Source: a virus (taxonomy: Duplodnaviria > Caudoviricetes). From it: a stretch of 64,000 bases of DNA. Below are positions 48,549-58,607 of this stretch, in pieces. Every line of letters starts with the position of its first letter. The stretch's first letter is position 1. The stretch spans positions 802 through 64,801 of the IMG/VR virus record IMGVR_UViG_3300046007_004004; one strand, given 5' to 3'. Under the pieces are notes generated by a model, which did no database searches, had not been told where the DNA came from, and was given only the letters and a program-made list of their open reading frames with translations. The position numbers and the translations under genes were made by a program.

Positions 48549-49569
48549 AGTTCTTGTATGTATCAAAAAGTCTCACGCTTGCGAGATTTTTTGCTTTGCT
48601 CTCGCACATGATATCAGCCCACTGCCAGTGTTCGTATGCCCAACGATTCATAGCATCATTGTAGAAATAGTCGCTATGGGCGCGTAGTTTCTGTTTATTG
48701 TACCCACTTTCCATCAATCGCTGTAGGTCATGTCGTTCTGATGTATTACGGTCAATGACACCATCTTCGCGTGATGTGCTAAAATGAATGACAGGGCGAA
48801 CACCACGCCAACTATCAATAAAATATTTGATACGATCATCGTCAGAATGGATATACTCACCTGTCTTTACCCAATGATGATGAATGTCTAGTACTAGACC
48901 CAGATGTCCAGCCAGTTCGAGGCTGGATTCGATCCCCCAGCTGATTTCGTCGTTTTCGATGGTAATGGCATTTCTTGCTTCGGGCGAGAGCCTGCCGAGG
49001 GTGTCGATGATACCGGCTGGACCTTTGCGACCTGAGATATGTACATTGATCTTGAAGTCTTGGAATTTTCTACAAAACCCCATCCAACGGGCCATATCCA
49101 CATGGTACTCAAACTCCTCTATACTCTTATTTACTACCTCAGGTCTGTCGCTAGCAAGTACCACGAACTGATCTGGGTGGAATGAAAGACGAACATCGTT
49201 AGCACGGGCAGTCTCACCGATGGGTGCGAACCAACGCTCTAGGCTATCCTGCACATCCTGTCTACGCCAAAATGGCTTGTATTCGTCCATAGTATAGAAC
49301 GATAACATGTCGCTTGTGATACGCAACATACGCAACTGTGGGTCAAGTTTGCTTACATACTTGACTAGATTATGTGTATTAGTGATATTGCGTTTAGCGA
49401 CTTCAATCAGTTTGTCCTCAACAACTTGCTGTGACTTTTGACGCTTTGCCCATGCGTATGTAGTGCCACCTGTATTGTAGCCGTCTACGCTGGCTATCTC
49501 GCCCTTTTTATTGATTTCGGCTAGTTTACACGCGAAACCAATACGCTGAATGTTAGAGTTGAATGACAT
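48541..49569 (-). CDS. uvsE: UV DNA damage endonuclease
   Basis: RIGFAC, RLSFHPDQF, TIENDE, LDIHHH, HSD, MCESKAK. Confidence 0.92.
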   Translation of the reverse strand: MSFNSNIQRIGFACKLAEINKKGEIASVDGYNTGGTTYAWAKRQKSQQVVEDKLIEVAKRNITNTHNLVKYVSKLDPQLRMLRITSDMLSFYTMDEYKPFWRRQDVQDSLERWFAPIGETARANDVRLSFHPDQFVVLASDRPEVVNKSIEEFEYHVDMARWMGFCRKFQDFKINVHISGRKGPAGIIDTLGRLSPEARNAITIENDEISWGIESSLELAGHLGLVLDIHHHWVKTGEYIHSDDDRIKYFIDSWRGVRPVIHFSTSREDGVIDRNTSERHDLQRLMESGYNKQKLRAHSDYFYNDAMNRWAYEHWQWADIMCESKAKNLASVRLFDTYKNYV

Positions 49570-49611
49570 ATATGCTAAATACTACTATAACTGATTGGGA
49601 ATGTCAACATC

Positions 49612-51600
49612 ATGGATATCCGTAAAATTTTAGATATAGTTACTGAAGCAGATAAGCCACTAGCAAAGGGCATGAAGGTCATGAGCCTAGCCCAATTCTT
49701 ACAACAAAGCGGTGTTGAAGCACCTGAAGGTGAGGATGTGGCGGAAGGCGCACCAGAACTATTGAAAAAGGAAATGCCAACACATCGTCATGCTGAAAAA
49801 TTGTTAGCACAAAACGGTGTCAGCAAAGATGATCCTGATTATCATAAACATCTTGCTAACACAATCAAACATCTTCGTAAGTTTGGAAATATAGATCAAA
49901 TCAATAAGCAAGGTGTTAAGGAAGGCACAGTAACCCCTATCAGATCATATCTGGTGATGGCAAGTAGACCAGGAAGAGGTATGTATACAGATGTTGATGC
50001 TTTGATCAAGGATACTGGTACAGGTAAGATTGTTGGACATGTTACAGGTAGAAATGCTCACCCGAACATGGATAATGAAATGGATATTGCCCAATACGAA
50101 CTTGTATTGAACAAAGATGGCATAGGACCTGATCTAAAGAACGGATTTGAATTTGAAGCATATGGCGACCCTAACTTAAGGACAAAAAGTGGTTATCAAG
50201 TTTATGCTACAGACAATAGCGGAAAGAATATACCAAAGCTAAAACCTAAACCTCGCAGTGATGTTGGACAAAAGGTAGTGCAACTACGACCAGAACAACC
50301 TAAAAAACCACAAGGTCTATCAGTATTTTCTCAAGGAAATTTAGAGAAAGCAGCACAAACCGCCCAAGACGATGATAGAGATTATGGTCCAGGCATGGAA
50401 ATGGAACTAGTTTCAAATGTTGATTGGTATGAATTTTTAGAAAAGTTCTTTGGCAAAGAACTATTAGATATAGATAGTGCTAATGAGATGGGCTATACTG
50501 ATTGGACAGATAATGGTGATATTGTCTTTACTAGTGGAGAAGGTACTCCTGATAAAAAGGTAGATGAAGCAGAAAAATTAGGTGGCGTGTCAGCAAGAAA
50601 ACTTCCACCAGAAGAAATGAGAGCCTACCTAGACAGAATCACTAAAAAAGAAAAAGAAAAGACAGACAAGTATAAACTACCATATATTCACAGCAGCAAT
50701 ATTCCTATCGTCAATGACGATGGTCAGAAATATGATCTACAAAAGTTAGCAGCCGCATTTAGCGAACGCCCAACTAAAATTCTAAAGCAAAATGAAAAGA
50801 TGCAGCATAGTGATGGTACTAGTAGCCAATTTTATAATGTTGGCTTACCAGCACTAAAAGGATTAGCAATAGATGAAGATACAGGCGAGTTCGTAGTTAT
50901 TGACACATGCCCAGGTGCTGGAGCATGTAAACTAGTATGTTATGCCATGAAGGGCGGTTATGTACAATGGAAGGCAAGCAGTCTTGGTCAAACAAAACTA
51001 TTGAACTTCTTATATAATGATCCAGATGGATTCATGGGTATGTTAGAAAGTGAGATTATTGGTTATGAAGCAAAGAACAAGAAAAAGAATATCAAGACAA
51101 TTATACGCTGGCATGATGCTGGTGACTTCTTTAGCCCGCAATATCTAGCAAAAGCATTTGCTCTAGCAAAGAAATTCCCAGATGTTGATTTCTATGCTTA
51201 CACTAAACTAGCAGGCGTGGCACAGGGCGAAAAACCAGACAACTTCAAAATCAATTTCAGTGCTGGCGCACAGCCAAGCCAAGAAAAGAAGATTGACTTT
51301 CAAAAAACAAAGAATAGTCGTATCGTTCCTAAAGAACTATTCAGTGACGCACTTGAGAAAGATAAGAATGGCAAGTGGCAATATACAAGCCCACAAGCAC
51401 AACAAGCAGTCAAAGATCGCATGGCTATCAAGTATAGCCTAGATCCAAAATCAGTTATCACTTATGATGAGATGATGAAGATTCCAGTTGATAAAAGCCC
51501 AGATGCTAAAGGCAAGTATAATGTTATCGTCAAGCCAGGTGATGGCGATGATGCTGCTAACCGTAATGATGTATTGAGCAGTCTATTGCTTATACACTAA
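49612..51600 (+). CDS. modular protein with leader peptide and C-terminal Gp88-like Cys-rich domain
   Basis: MDIRKILDIVTE; internal VAE|G, VKE|G and VDE|A; CPGAGACKLVCYA, RWHDAGDF, YAYTK. Confidence 0.7.
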   Translation: MDIRKILDIVTEADKPLAKGMKVMSLAQFLQQSGVEAPEGEDVAEGAPELLKKEMPTHRHAEKLLAQNGVSKDDPDYHKHLANTIKHLRKFGNIDQINKQGVKEGTVTPIRSYLVMASRPGRGMYTDVDALIKDTGTGKIVGHVTGRNAHPNMDNEMDIAQYELVLNKDGIGPDLKNGFEFEAYGDPNLRTKSGYQVYATDNSGKNIPKLKPKPRSDVGQKVVQLRPEQPKKPQGLSVFSQGNLEKAAQTAQDDDRDYGPGMEMELVSNVDWYEFLEKFFGKELLDIDSANEMGYTDWTDNGDIVFTSGEGTPDKKVDEAEKLGGVSARKLPPEEMRAYLDRITKKEKEKTDKYKLPYIHSSNIPIVNDDGQKYDLQKLAAAFSERPTKILKQNEKMQHSDGTSSQFYNVGLPALKGLAIDEDTGEFVVIDTCPGAGACKLVCYAMKGGYVQWKASSLGQTKLLNFLYNDPDGFMGMLESEIIGYEAKNKKKNIKTIIRWHDAGDFFSPQYLAKAFALAKKFPDVDFYAYTKLAGVAQGEKPDNFKINFSAGAQPSQEKKIDFQKTKNSRIVPKELFSDALEKDKNGKWQYTSPQAQQAVKDRMAIKYSLDPKSVITYDEMMKIPVDKSPDAKGKYNVIVKPGDGDDAANRNDVLSSLLLIH

Positions 51601-52426
51601 CTTTTAGCAAATCCTTGAATTCATACATGTGTTTCATGTAACTGCCTGGATTGGCTAATACGCTAACAGCAGGATCACCTTTCTTTCTTGGTCCAATAAA
51701 TACTTCAAAGTTTGTTTGGTTGACGATCTTGAACATCTCTACCATATCACGCACACTCTTGCCTACACCATGACCTAGATTCTCTAGTCCATTTGCTGGC
51801 TGTTCAATAGCCATCATCAATGCGTTACAGATTTCATAAACATGTACATAGTCACGCACACAAGTACCGTCTGGTGTGTCATAGTCATCACCATGAATAG
51901 TGAACACACCACTATCTTTTGCTTTGATCAATTCTGATAGTAAGCCATCTGGGTTTGTTGGCTGTATACCATCCATGCCAACAACATTGTAGAATCTAAA
52001 CATTGTGTAGTCTTGTGGCTTATGCTTTGTACAATATTCTACTACACAATCCTCGCTGGCGCGTTTACTGATACTATATGGGTTAGCGCAAAGGCTTGCT
52101 TGCCCAGTGCTAGCATAGATAAAATTCTTTGTGGGAATCTTGTTCAATACATTCATAGTACCATTGATATTAGTGATGTAATAGAGTATGGGCATAGATT
52201 CACTCTTGCCTACATTGACTAATGCGGCTAGATGTATTACAGCATCATATGGATCAGTTTGATCGGGAATAGTGAATAATCTATTGATGTCTACTTTATA
52301 GAACTTATCTACAGGTACGATTGGGTCATTGATATCTAATCCATGAACCTCATAATTACCCCTCAGCATCTTGCATAGATGACTGCCTATATATCCACTA
52401 CTTCCTGTTACTAATACCTTTTTCAT
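51590..52426 (-). CDS. galE: NAD-dependent epimerase (GalE-like)
   Basis: TGSSGYIG, YSISK (YxxxK), RFYN, RDYVHV. Confidence 0.85.
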   Translation of the reverse strand: MKKVLVTGSSGYIGSHLCKMLRGNYEVHGLDINDPIVPVDKFYKVDINRLFTIPDQTDPYDAVIHLAALVNVGKSESMPILYYITNINGTMNVLNKIPTKNFIYASTGQASLCANPYSISKRASEDCVVEYCTKHKPQDYTMFRFYNVVGMDGIQPTNPDGLLSELIKAKDSGVFTIHGDDYDTPDGTCVRDYVHVYEICNALMMAIEQPANGLENLGHGVGKSVRDMVEMFKIVNQTNFEVFIGPRKKGDPAVSVLANPGSYMKHMYEFKDLLKVSV

Positions 52427-53754
52427 AATCCCTCAAATAAGTTTTCATTTTCTACTGGCACAGTAAATGTTGGATCTTTACTCAACCATGTTTCTTTATC
52501 TGTATATATGATTGTATATCTGTGTCTATTAGATAGTACGCTTTTGACATCATCAATACAAATCTGTGTTCTACCTAGACTTTCTATAAAGTCGGCATAC
52601 TTGATTGTGTTATGCTCTAATATGCCCGCAGTAGTATTGTTGCTAGTTTTTGCTTTGAAGTCACTAAAGCATTCATTATACTTATGGAAGATGCCATCTT
52701 CTAAAAACTGTTGTGTCTTTAGTACGCCTTCACTATAATACTTTTCCGGCTTGTCATACTTATTGTATAGTTCAGACACAATTTTTGCCATGTTCTTTTT
52801 ATTACAAGTGTAATAATGCTTCTTGTCAAAGTTATGTGTCCAGCGCATGTTTTCTAATGCTACAGTTGGCATGTGTAGTTGCTGTTCAAGAAACGCAATG
52901 CCGTAACTTTCTACAGTGCTTGGATTGAATGCTACACGACAACTTGTGATGAAATCAATCTTTTCTTGCCCGACTACATCATAAGTGATCTTATAATCAG
53001 TGATTCCCAGATCACTAAACTTCTTTTCAAACTTCTTAGCACCATTGTTGCTTGTAATAATTCTTGCTGGTAATCCAGTTTGCTTGATCAACTCAAGATA
53101 TAGTTCTGGGTTCTTACCCTCTTCCCAACGACCAATAAACAATACTCCTTCACGGTCATTATTATATTCAGTCAATAAATTTCGTTCAGGTAATGGTATA
53201 GGTAAGTGATATGATCCTTCAATCTGTAATCTATTATAGTTGCTTTGTGTACCTATATAGATGCTCGGCAATTGTAGCTGTAATCGCATCATATCATTGA
53301 CACTATCTAAGAATGGATTCTTTGTATCTTTAAATAACTGACTTTCTAAGTGGGTATAGGCAATGACCTGAATATAGTTTTCTAATCCTAGCGTACTAGC
53401 AACTTGTACAGCTTCATATGGATTACAGATGAAAACTTCATATAGATTTTTTCTTAATGCTTTGATGATACTTTCACGGAAGTTAGCCATGCGCTCATAG
53501 TTATAACTATCTCCATACATGAATATGTTTCTATGCTTGGCATAACTATATGCTTCATCAGGATAAATGACATTTGTATTCAGTAATTCAACGAATTCTT
53601 TATTATGCGGAACTGTATCAGTGATGATATCAACTTTAATATTGTGGGCGGTCATAATTTCAATAAAACTTTTAGCATACTGACCTACACCGCCAGTCGC
53701 TTTCAAGTGTTCGCTACTCATGATGAACCCTATTCTTTTACTATAATTTCTCAT
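52423..53754 (-). CDS. GT-B (GT4-like) glycosyltransferase with C-terminal extension
   Basis: GGVG, LFIGRWEEGKNP, PSTVESYGIAFLE (Ex7E). Confidence 0.85.
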   Translation of the reverse strand: MRNYSKRIGFIMSSEHLKATGGVGQYAKSFIEIMTAHNIKVDIITDTVPHNKEFVELLNTNVIYPDEAYSYAKHRNIFMYGDSYNYERMANFRESIIKALRKNLYEVFICNPYEAVQVASTLGLENYIQVIAYTHLESQLFKDTKNPFLDSVNDMMRLQLQLPSIYIGTQSNYNRLQIEGSYHLPIPLPERNLLTEYNNDREGVLFIGRWEEGKNPELYLELIKQTGLPARIITSNNGAKKFEKKFSDLGITDYKITYDVVGQEKIDFITSCRVAFNPSTVESYGIAFLEQQLHMPTVALENMRWTHNFDKKHYYTCNKKNMAKIVSELYNKYDKPEKYYSEGVLKTQQFLEDGIFHKYNECFSDFKAKTSNNTTAGILEHNTIKYADFIESLGRTQICIDDVKSVLSNRHRYTIIYTDKETWLSKDPTFTVPVENENLFEGL

Positions 53755-54101
53755 ATAAAAGTTCTTGCTAATACTAAGCAACTTACTAATACCCATGCTG
53801 TATTAAACCACACCATAGTTGGTAATAACTTTTTGTTGCTTGCCCAAATCAATAAAAGGCTACTGATAAGTGTGATCAAGTAGAACCACCAAACAGTGGT
53901 ATAGAATAATACTTGCGATACGATGATCGCCATCTTGCTCAAATAACTAGTTGCTTCGACAAAATTATAATTCGTCCAGTATTTGGGTGATACCCACATT
54001 AATAGACATTCTTTTACTTTTTCCCAACCAGTAAGGTAATATGTTATACCAGTCAGCACTATACATGCTAAGATTGCTATGCTAATTTGTACTGATGTCA
54101 T
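53751..54101 (-). CDS. multi-TM membrane protein
   Basis: Hydrophobic segments; KKLLPT. Confidence 0.65.
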   Translation of the reverse strand: MTSVQISIAILACIVLTGITYYLTGWEKVKECLLMWVSPKYWTNYNFVEATSYLSKMAIIVSQVLFYTTVWWFYLITLISSLLLIWASNKKLLPTMVWFNTAWVLVSCLVLARTFI

Positions 54102-54325
54102 AATTCTCCCTTCAATTTCTTTATTAGGTATGTGTCTCTGTCTACCCAAGTATATACTTTATAGATATCTTGATAATCATATTCCTCAGTTTCAACTTTG
54201 TATGCCTTTTTCAACCATAACAATTTATCACTACAAGCACATCGTCTAGGTAGCCAGCAAATTTTCAATGTCGCTTTCAAAGTGAAAATATGTGGATTTG
54301 GAATTTTTTCAACATAGAATGGCAA
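54098..54325 (-). CDS. small hypothetical protein
   Basis: WLPRRC..S...LWLKKAY. Confidence 0.6.
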   Translation of the reverse strand: MPFYVEKIPNPHIFTLKATLKICWLPRRCACSDKLLWLKKAYKVETEEYDYQDIYKVYTWVDRDTYLIKKLKGEL

Positions 54326-55189
54326 TCATGTACCCCAAGCATTCTTGAACAATGGCACTTGAATCCTATCGCTATATCGCAATCCATGCTTCATTGCTAG
54401 TTCGGCAACAGTACGATTGTTCAGACTATAAACACTTTCAACACCACCTACTGGCATTAGATAAACATTACCAGTAAAGCCCACGCTACGATATATTTTT
54501 ATTACCTCTAGTGCCTCTGTACAATCTTCATGTGATGCAATCACAAACTTTAGATATGTATGGCCTATATCTTGATAACCACATACAACTTCGGGTCGTA
54601 TTGCTTCTTCTCTCTTCTCTCCGCTCACGCTTAGTTTTGCGCTTACACTGAATGTCACACTATCATATCCTCGTGTTAGATGCCAGTTCTTATCTTCCTG
54701 CCAACTTACAAGATATTCTGCTAGGTCTTTAGATAATTCTTGTGTACCATTCGTTTCAAAAGTAATCTCTTTGAGATTGTGCATCAATTCATGGTCAAGT
54801 AAATCCGGATAACTGCGCTGCCAACCTAGCAATGGCTCACCACCTGTGATGACCAGATGTTCATCATTCCATTCTTTATATGGCAATATGTCAACAATAT
54901 TTTCTGCTAGTTCATCTGTACTATATGTAGGGCTGAGTTTCTTGAAACGTACATCCCAACTTGCGTAACTATCACAACCAGTACTGACTAATGGCAATTC
55001 TTTATAGTCTTTATAATCTTTGGGGTTTACCTTGTGTCTCTCTTGCGACTTCTCGCCTCGTTTCATTCCAAAGCCATCGCAAGTGAAATTACAACCAAAC
55101 GTGCGTAAGAACACGCTAGGCACACCCATGTAACGTCCTTCACCTTGAATGCTATAGAATAGTTCGCTGACCTTGATTGACTTCTTCAT
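54326..55189 (-). CDS. queE: 7-carboxy-7-deazaguanine synthase (radical SAM)
   Basis: ELFYSIQGEG, FLRTFGCNFTC...GCDS, ITGGEP, ETNGT. Confidence 0.92.
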   Translation of the reverse strand: MKKSIKVSELFYSIQGEGRYMGVPSVFLRTFGCNFTCDGFGMKRGEKSQERHKVNPKDYKDYKELPLVSTGCDSYASWDVRFKKLSPTYSTDELAENIVDILPYKEWNDEHLVITGGEPLLGWQRSYPDLLDHELMHNLKEITFETNGTQELSKDLAEYLVSWQEDKNWHLTRGYDSVTFSVSAKLSVSGEKREEAIRPEVVCGYQDIGHTYLKFVIASHEDCTEALEVIKIYRSVGFTGNVYLMPVGGVESVYSLNNRTVAELAMKHGLRYSDRIQVPLFKNAWGT

Positions 55190-55577
55190 TCAGATACCTT
55201 AGTAATTCTTTGTCTGTAGGTTGTACGTTATAGTTTTGTTTATAAAATATCTCATAACTATCGCTACCATACTTACCAATACCATACAACATATTAGCAT
55301 CTACTTTGTCCCAAGTCAAGTAATCACGGCTCATACCGCGCAATCTCTTCTCCCTGATATTATACATACCGAGGGGCTTGATGATATCTATAACTTGTTC
55401 TGGTGTACTATTTAGGAGACTTTTTGCGTTTGGAAACTTTTTTAGGAACTTTGGAAGCACGTACTTTACTGGCTTTCTTCCTGTCTGGTTTAGCATTATC
55501 ACTCCGACCATGTGTTCCCACTCGTTCTTTACTTGCTGTTGGACCATCAGATCGTCTCTTAGTGCTTTTACTTTCAA
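55152..55577 (-). CDS. HhH-GPD (MBD4-like) DNA glycosylase
   Basis: LNQT, PLG...R, LYGIGKYGSDSY, DKEL. Confidence 0.85.
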   Translation of the reverse strand: MKVKALRDDLMVQQQVKNEWEHMVGVIMLNQTGRKPVKYVLPKFLKKFPNAKSLLNSTPEQVIDIIKPLGMYNIREKRLRGMSRDYLTWDKVDANMLYGIGKYGSDSYEIFYKQNYNVQPTDKELLRYLNEEVNQGQRTIL

Positions 55578-55746
55578 CTTTTTTCTCCCTTATTTTTAGT
55601 ATACCATCAACTATGCCATACTCTGTAGTCTCAGTTACCAATTGGTAACCATTGAAAACTACTATTTTTTCAGTGGTTTCACGCGCCAGAAAATCTCTGA
55701 ACTCACAAAGACTATTCCATTTTAGTTTTTTAGGTGTGTATATCAT
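55408..55746 (-). CDS. hypothetical protein overlapping the glycosylase gene
   Basis: ATG coupled to upstream stop. Confidence 0.45.
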   Translation of the reverse strand: MIYTPKKLKWNSLCEFRDFLARETTEKIVVFNGYQLVTETTEYGIVDGILKIREKKVESKSTKRRSDGPTASKERVGTHGRSDNAKPDRKKASKVRASKVPKKVSKRKKSPK

Positions 55747-56072
55747 AGCCAGCGTAGTTTATACCAGTTTACTTCTTTATCGCTTTTTAGATATAATCTC
55801 ATACGATAACTATCAGTAGTCCAAGCCCAAACTTTAGTTTCATCTATTGCTAAAAAATGTAGCTCACTACTAGGGCCAAATGTTTCCCAACACCAATTAC
55901 GTATTTGTTTGAATTGTTCTCGTTGAATATAATTAAAGTCTATACGATATTGAAAAACTTCATTACCGGTAAATCTACCGTCTAAGAGTTTTGGTTCCGG
56001 AATAGCAGGATTACTAAAGAAAGTTCTATTAGTAATTGTTCTTTTTTTCATACCCATGTTAACACGAACCAC
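55743..56072 (-). CDS. 'WC...W..LRW' family protein
   Basis: IRNWCWETFGPS...KEVNWYKLRW. Confidence 0.65.
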   Translation of the reverse strand: MVRVNMGMKKRTITNRTFFSNPAIPEPKLLDGRFTGNEVFQYRIDFNYIQREQFKQIRNWCWETFGPSSELHFLAIDETKVWAWTTDSYRMRLYLKSDKEVNWYKLRWL

Positions 56073-56266
56073 TCATAATCTTTAATATGTCTAAATCTTA
56101 TAGTAAACAATCTATCGCCGTTTAGCGACCAAATAGTATGTTTTCTATGTCCCGGGATGTTTTTTTGTAGCCACATCATCAATTCTTCAAATTGTTCATC
56201 TGATTTTACTTTGAAACTTGCTGTATACCAGTTGCGTTTATAATTATCCCACTTAGATGGATTCAT
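56048..56266 (-). CDS. 'W...FVLTW' family protein
   Basis: ELMMWL...IRFRHIKDYEWFVLTW. Confidence 0.6.
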   Translation of the reverse strand: MNPSKWDNYKRNWYTASFKVKSDEQFEELMMWLQKNIPGHRKHTIWSLNGDRLFTIRFRHIKDYEWFVLTWV

Positions 56267-57026
56267 TTGGGTAAGGATCTATAACTTCGTTTTTTGTCAT
56301 GTAATTATAGAATTTTTCGGCTATCTGTTTATGACCTAACAACGTAGGATGTGAAGTCATTTCTACTCCCATACTGTTAATACTATAGAAACGCTTGTCA
56401 TCACCACCAAACCAATTAAACTTTTTAACAAAATCCATTTGCATTTTATCAAAATAAATTGTAGGATTAGCCATGCTTGAAAACAAATACCTTATATTAT
56501 ATTTTTCAAAAAACATACCCAATAGATTGATTTGTTGAAACCACAGCGCAGCCCAAAATTTATTATTAAATGTTTTATAATAACTTTCTAGAAACTGTTT
56601 GTCTATCTCGTCGGGACTGTCCCATGAAGGCCAATTAGGTATATCTCTTTCTCTAATAGTTTGATTTTGATTTACTAAAGTCCAACAGTCGTAATATTCG
56701 CTGAAATATTCTATCCTAGCAGGACCTGACCATTGTATTACTGCTATCCATTCTGACATATCTTCATTGTTGTGAATTTTCGGTAGGAAAAAATCTAAAG
56801 TTTTACGGGCTATTCTATAATTGGAGCCACAACCCATGCTCTGATTATGAAATTCTGTACATGAAAATAAATCAGATAGATGCTTTGGCCAAGTCACACT
56901 TAAGCGCCATTTATTCAATTCTGTATCACAAGTATCATTTAATAATTGGCCAGTATATTCATCGTGAAGTGTTTTTATTAGGTCGCCACCCCAGGTGAAA
57001 CTACAACCATTGGCATATAATTTCAT
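56253..57026 (-). CDS. SGNH-hydrolase-like protein
   Basis: NGCSFTWG, N.S.GCGSN, IQWS, HPT..GH. Confidence 0.7.
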   Translation of the reverse strand: MKLYANGCSFTWGGDLIKTLHDEYTGQLLNDTCDTELNKWRLSVTWPKHLSDLFSCTEFHNQSMGCGSNYRIARKTLDFFLPKIHNNEDMSEWIAVIQWSGPARIEYFSEYYDCWTLVNQNQTIRERDIPNWPSWDSPDEIDKQFLESYYKTFNNKFWAALWFQQINLLGMFFEKYNIRYLFSSMANPTIYFDKMQMDFVKKFNWFGGDDKRFYSINSMGVEMTSHPTLLGHKQIAEKFYNYMTKNEVIDPYPNESI

Positions 57027-57484
57027 ACTCTATCGTCCATTTCTTTCTTTATCCAACTATGCAAATTTTTATTTGCTTCTGCCTCGATGACACGTTCGCG
57101 TAATTCTGTAGTGCTGAAACTATGCTTACGTTTATTGAAATGAAATTTCATACCCATATCAATGCAAACTTCACGACCAGTAAAGTCACGATGTTCATAT
57201 TCTTCACCTAGTATACGTATATTGATAGGATATGCTAATAATATGTCAATCAATTCTTTTTCAGTGGCATAGACAACGATTTCGTCTACATACTTGCAAG
57301 CCTGTAATTGTGTGTACCTTTCAAATACGCTTTGCACAGGGCTATTTTTAGTAGGTCTATCAATAGTAGGATCAGTCTGTAGCCCTACGATGAGATAATC
57401 ACAGACCTTCTTTGCATCTTTCAACATTAATATATGACCTGCGTGAAACAGATCAAATGTTGCGCAAGTGAAGCCTACAGTCAT
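57023..57484 (-). CDS. tagD: TagD-like cytidylyltransferase
   Basis: FDLFHAGH, ER..QL, R.HSFSTT. Confidence 0.85.
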   Translation of the reverse strand: MTVGFTCATFDLFHAGHILMLKDAKKVCDYLIVGLQTDPTIDRPTKNSPVQSVFERYTQLQACKYVDEIVVYATEKELIDILLAYPINIRILGEEYEHRDFTGREVCIDMGMKFHFNKRKHSFSTTELRERVIEAEANKNLHSWIKKEMDDRV

Positions 57485-57954
57485 GTAGTCACCCACCATT
57501 CTTCCCAGGGGAATACGCACCATTCTGGATTTTCAAATTTGTTAATTGCTAATCCATAGTAATCAACACTCTCATCGCTAGCTTCATTGTGTATACAGGT
57601 AGCAAATCTTACATTATGTCCCCAAACATTAGACCATTTGTCATCGTTAGGTAAGCAACTACTACGCCAGTCTTTTTTAATTTGACCTATGGTAAATCCT
57701 GTATCATTGATATCGTCAATCACAAGGATATTCTTACCATTAAATGCATCTTCTGACATCCAACAATTAGTCTCGTCTTTACCTAAAACATTCAAAGGGA
57801 TGTCAAGATAATGACTAAGTTTAACAGCAGGAACTAATCCACCTCTCGTCACGCCAACAATATATTCAGGACGAAAATCATCCCTATACATTTGCCTTGC
57901 TATATTTAATATATAACTATTGATTTGTGCCGGGGAGTAATAAACTCTTTTCAT
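57481..57954 (-). CDS. purine phosphoribosyltransferase (Gpt/Hpt-like)
   Basis: VTRGGL, VIDDINDTG, VFPWE. Confidence 0.85.
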   Translation of the reverse strand: MKRVYYSPAQINSYILNIARQMYRDDFRPEYIVGVTRGGLVPAVKLSHYLDIPLNVLGKDETNCWMSEDAFNGKNILVIDDINDTGFTIGQIKKDWRSSCLPNDDKWSNVWGHNVRFATCIHNEASDESVDYYGLAINKFENPEWCVFPWEEWWVTT

Positions 57955-57955
57955 A

Positions 57956-58447
57956 TCATCCTTCGTATATGGCACTATTACTGTCATGCTCAAATACCTC
58001 TACACTTTTTACACGAACTTGTCCGTTCACAATGATGCCTGGGGTCGCTTTCATTTCTTCAATAATCTCGGCCATTTTTTTGTATGCCATCTCAGCGAAC
58101 TTCTCACAGCCTACTGCCGGGACGATGCGTAGATCAAGTATACCTAGATCCTTATAACCACCTTTGATCTCAGCAAGTCTCTTAAATGTTTCAAGTTCTG
58201 GATCATCTTCAGCGACAAGCGTAGTATGATCAAACATATATTCAGCCCATTGTTTGAACTTCTTTAGCCCGCCAAAGTCCATGACCCAGTTACGACAATC
58301 AAGTGTTTCCGCCTCAAAGACTAAACGTATGCCAATGCTGTATCCATGTATGAGGCTACAGTGGCTATGTGTGCTGCGCCATTGACGGAACGCGCAACTC
58401 AAGCCACGATCATTGCCATATGTCTTTGTGCTGTAATACTTAGCCAT
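57956..58447 (-). CDS. queD: 6-carboxytetrahydropterin synthase
   Basis: HCSLIHGY, WVMDFG, FDH, E..A, VEVFE. Confidence 0.9.
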   Translation of the reverse strand: MAKYYSTKTYGNDRGLSCAFRQWRSTHSHCSLIHGYSIGIRLVFEAETLDCRNWVMDFGGLKKFKQWAEYMFDHTTLVAEDDPELETFKRLAEIKGGYKDLGILDLRIVPAVGCEKFAEMAYKKMAEIIEEMKATPGIIVNGQVRVKSVEVFEHDSNSAIYEG

Positions 58448-58607
58448 TCTTGTTCTCGTATTCTTCAGCAATCTTGTTCTTTAATGTTTCAAATAACGGA
58501 TCCAATGCTATACTAGGATTTAATTCTAGTTCGGTATCAGTGATACAATTCTTGTCATAAATCACTACTACCTTATCACCCTTATTATTTTCAAATGTTA
58601 ACTTCAT
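58440..58607 (-). CDS. 55-aa hypothetical protein (not in ORF track)
   Basis: MKLTFENNKGDKVVVI..., overlapping both neighbours. Confidence 0.5.
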   Translation of the reverse strand: MKLTFENNKGDKVVVIYDKNCITDTELELNPSIALDPLFETLKNKIAEEYENKNG

